Positions 22,669 through 22,730 of a DNA stretch of 22,730 bases are shown one piece after another (the first letter of the stretch is position 1; each line of letters begins with the position of its first letter). Location of the stretch: the IMG/VR virus record IMGVR_UViG_2565956720_000001; one strand, 5' to 3'. This DNA is from a virus (Duplodnaviria > Heunggongvirae > Uroviricota > Caudoviricetes). Made by a program: the position numbers and the translations under genes. The notes beneath the pieces are model-generated. The model searched no databases and had not been told where the DNA came from. It saw only the letters and a list, made by a program, of their open reading frames with translations.

Positions 22669-22730
22669 GATGATGGCGTTATCAATATCAGGATTGCCGG
22701 TCCACTCATTACCGCGATTGGATTCGGCAG

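Noticed and set aside
1-22730. CRISPR array, insertion sequence or transposase, integrase with attachment site
   Set aside because: No array of short direct repeats with unique spacers, no transposase- or integrase-like ORF, and no terminal inverted repeats bounding a transposase were seen. The only long inverted repeat is the antirepressor 3' duplication, which is reported as a finding.

Overview
This window reads as the virion-assembly end of a temperate enterobacterial phage or prophage, with almost all large genes on the minus strand. All calls come from reading the sequence and remembered family signatures; no searches were run. From right to left: a small accessory operon (including a Lar-like zinc-ribbon protein), terminase small and large subunits, a plus-strand insert carrying tRNA-Arg(UCU) and a 123-aa ORF, then a T7-like morphogenesis module (portal, scaffold, major capsid, tail tubular A/B-like proteins, four internal virion proteins, one with a lytic transglycosylase motif). 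This is followed by a P22 immI-like control region (Mnt-like repressor divergent from Arc-like repressor and antirepressor, with a candidate Sar-like antisense RNA). The most unusual parts are: (1) an AT-rich two-gene island (Mnt-like regulator with a C-terminal extension plus a signal-anchored protein) in the position P22 uses for sieA; (2) a small membrane-peptide cassette (62-aa glycine-zipper peptide plus a coupled 3-TM protein) flanked by inverted, near-identical copies of the antirepressor 3' end; (3) two recurring palindromes, GTGACATGTCAC (three copies, each just upstream of an intrinsic terminator) and TTACC-N5-GGTAA (three copies, each 5' of a transcription unit); (4) an unlisted 39-codon membrane-peptide ORF with a strong ribosome-binding site upstream of the terminase genes. 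Several ORF-track starts are TTG/GTG and were re-placed at better-supported start codons.
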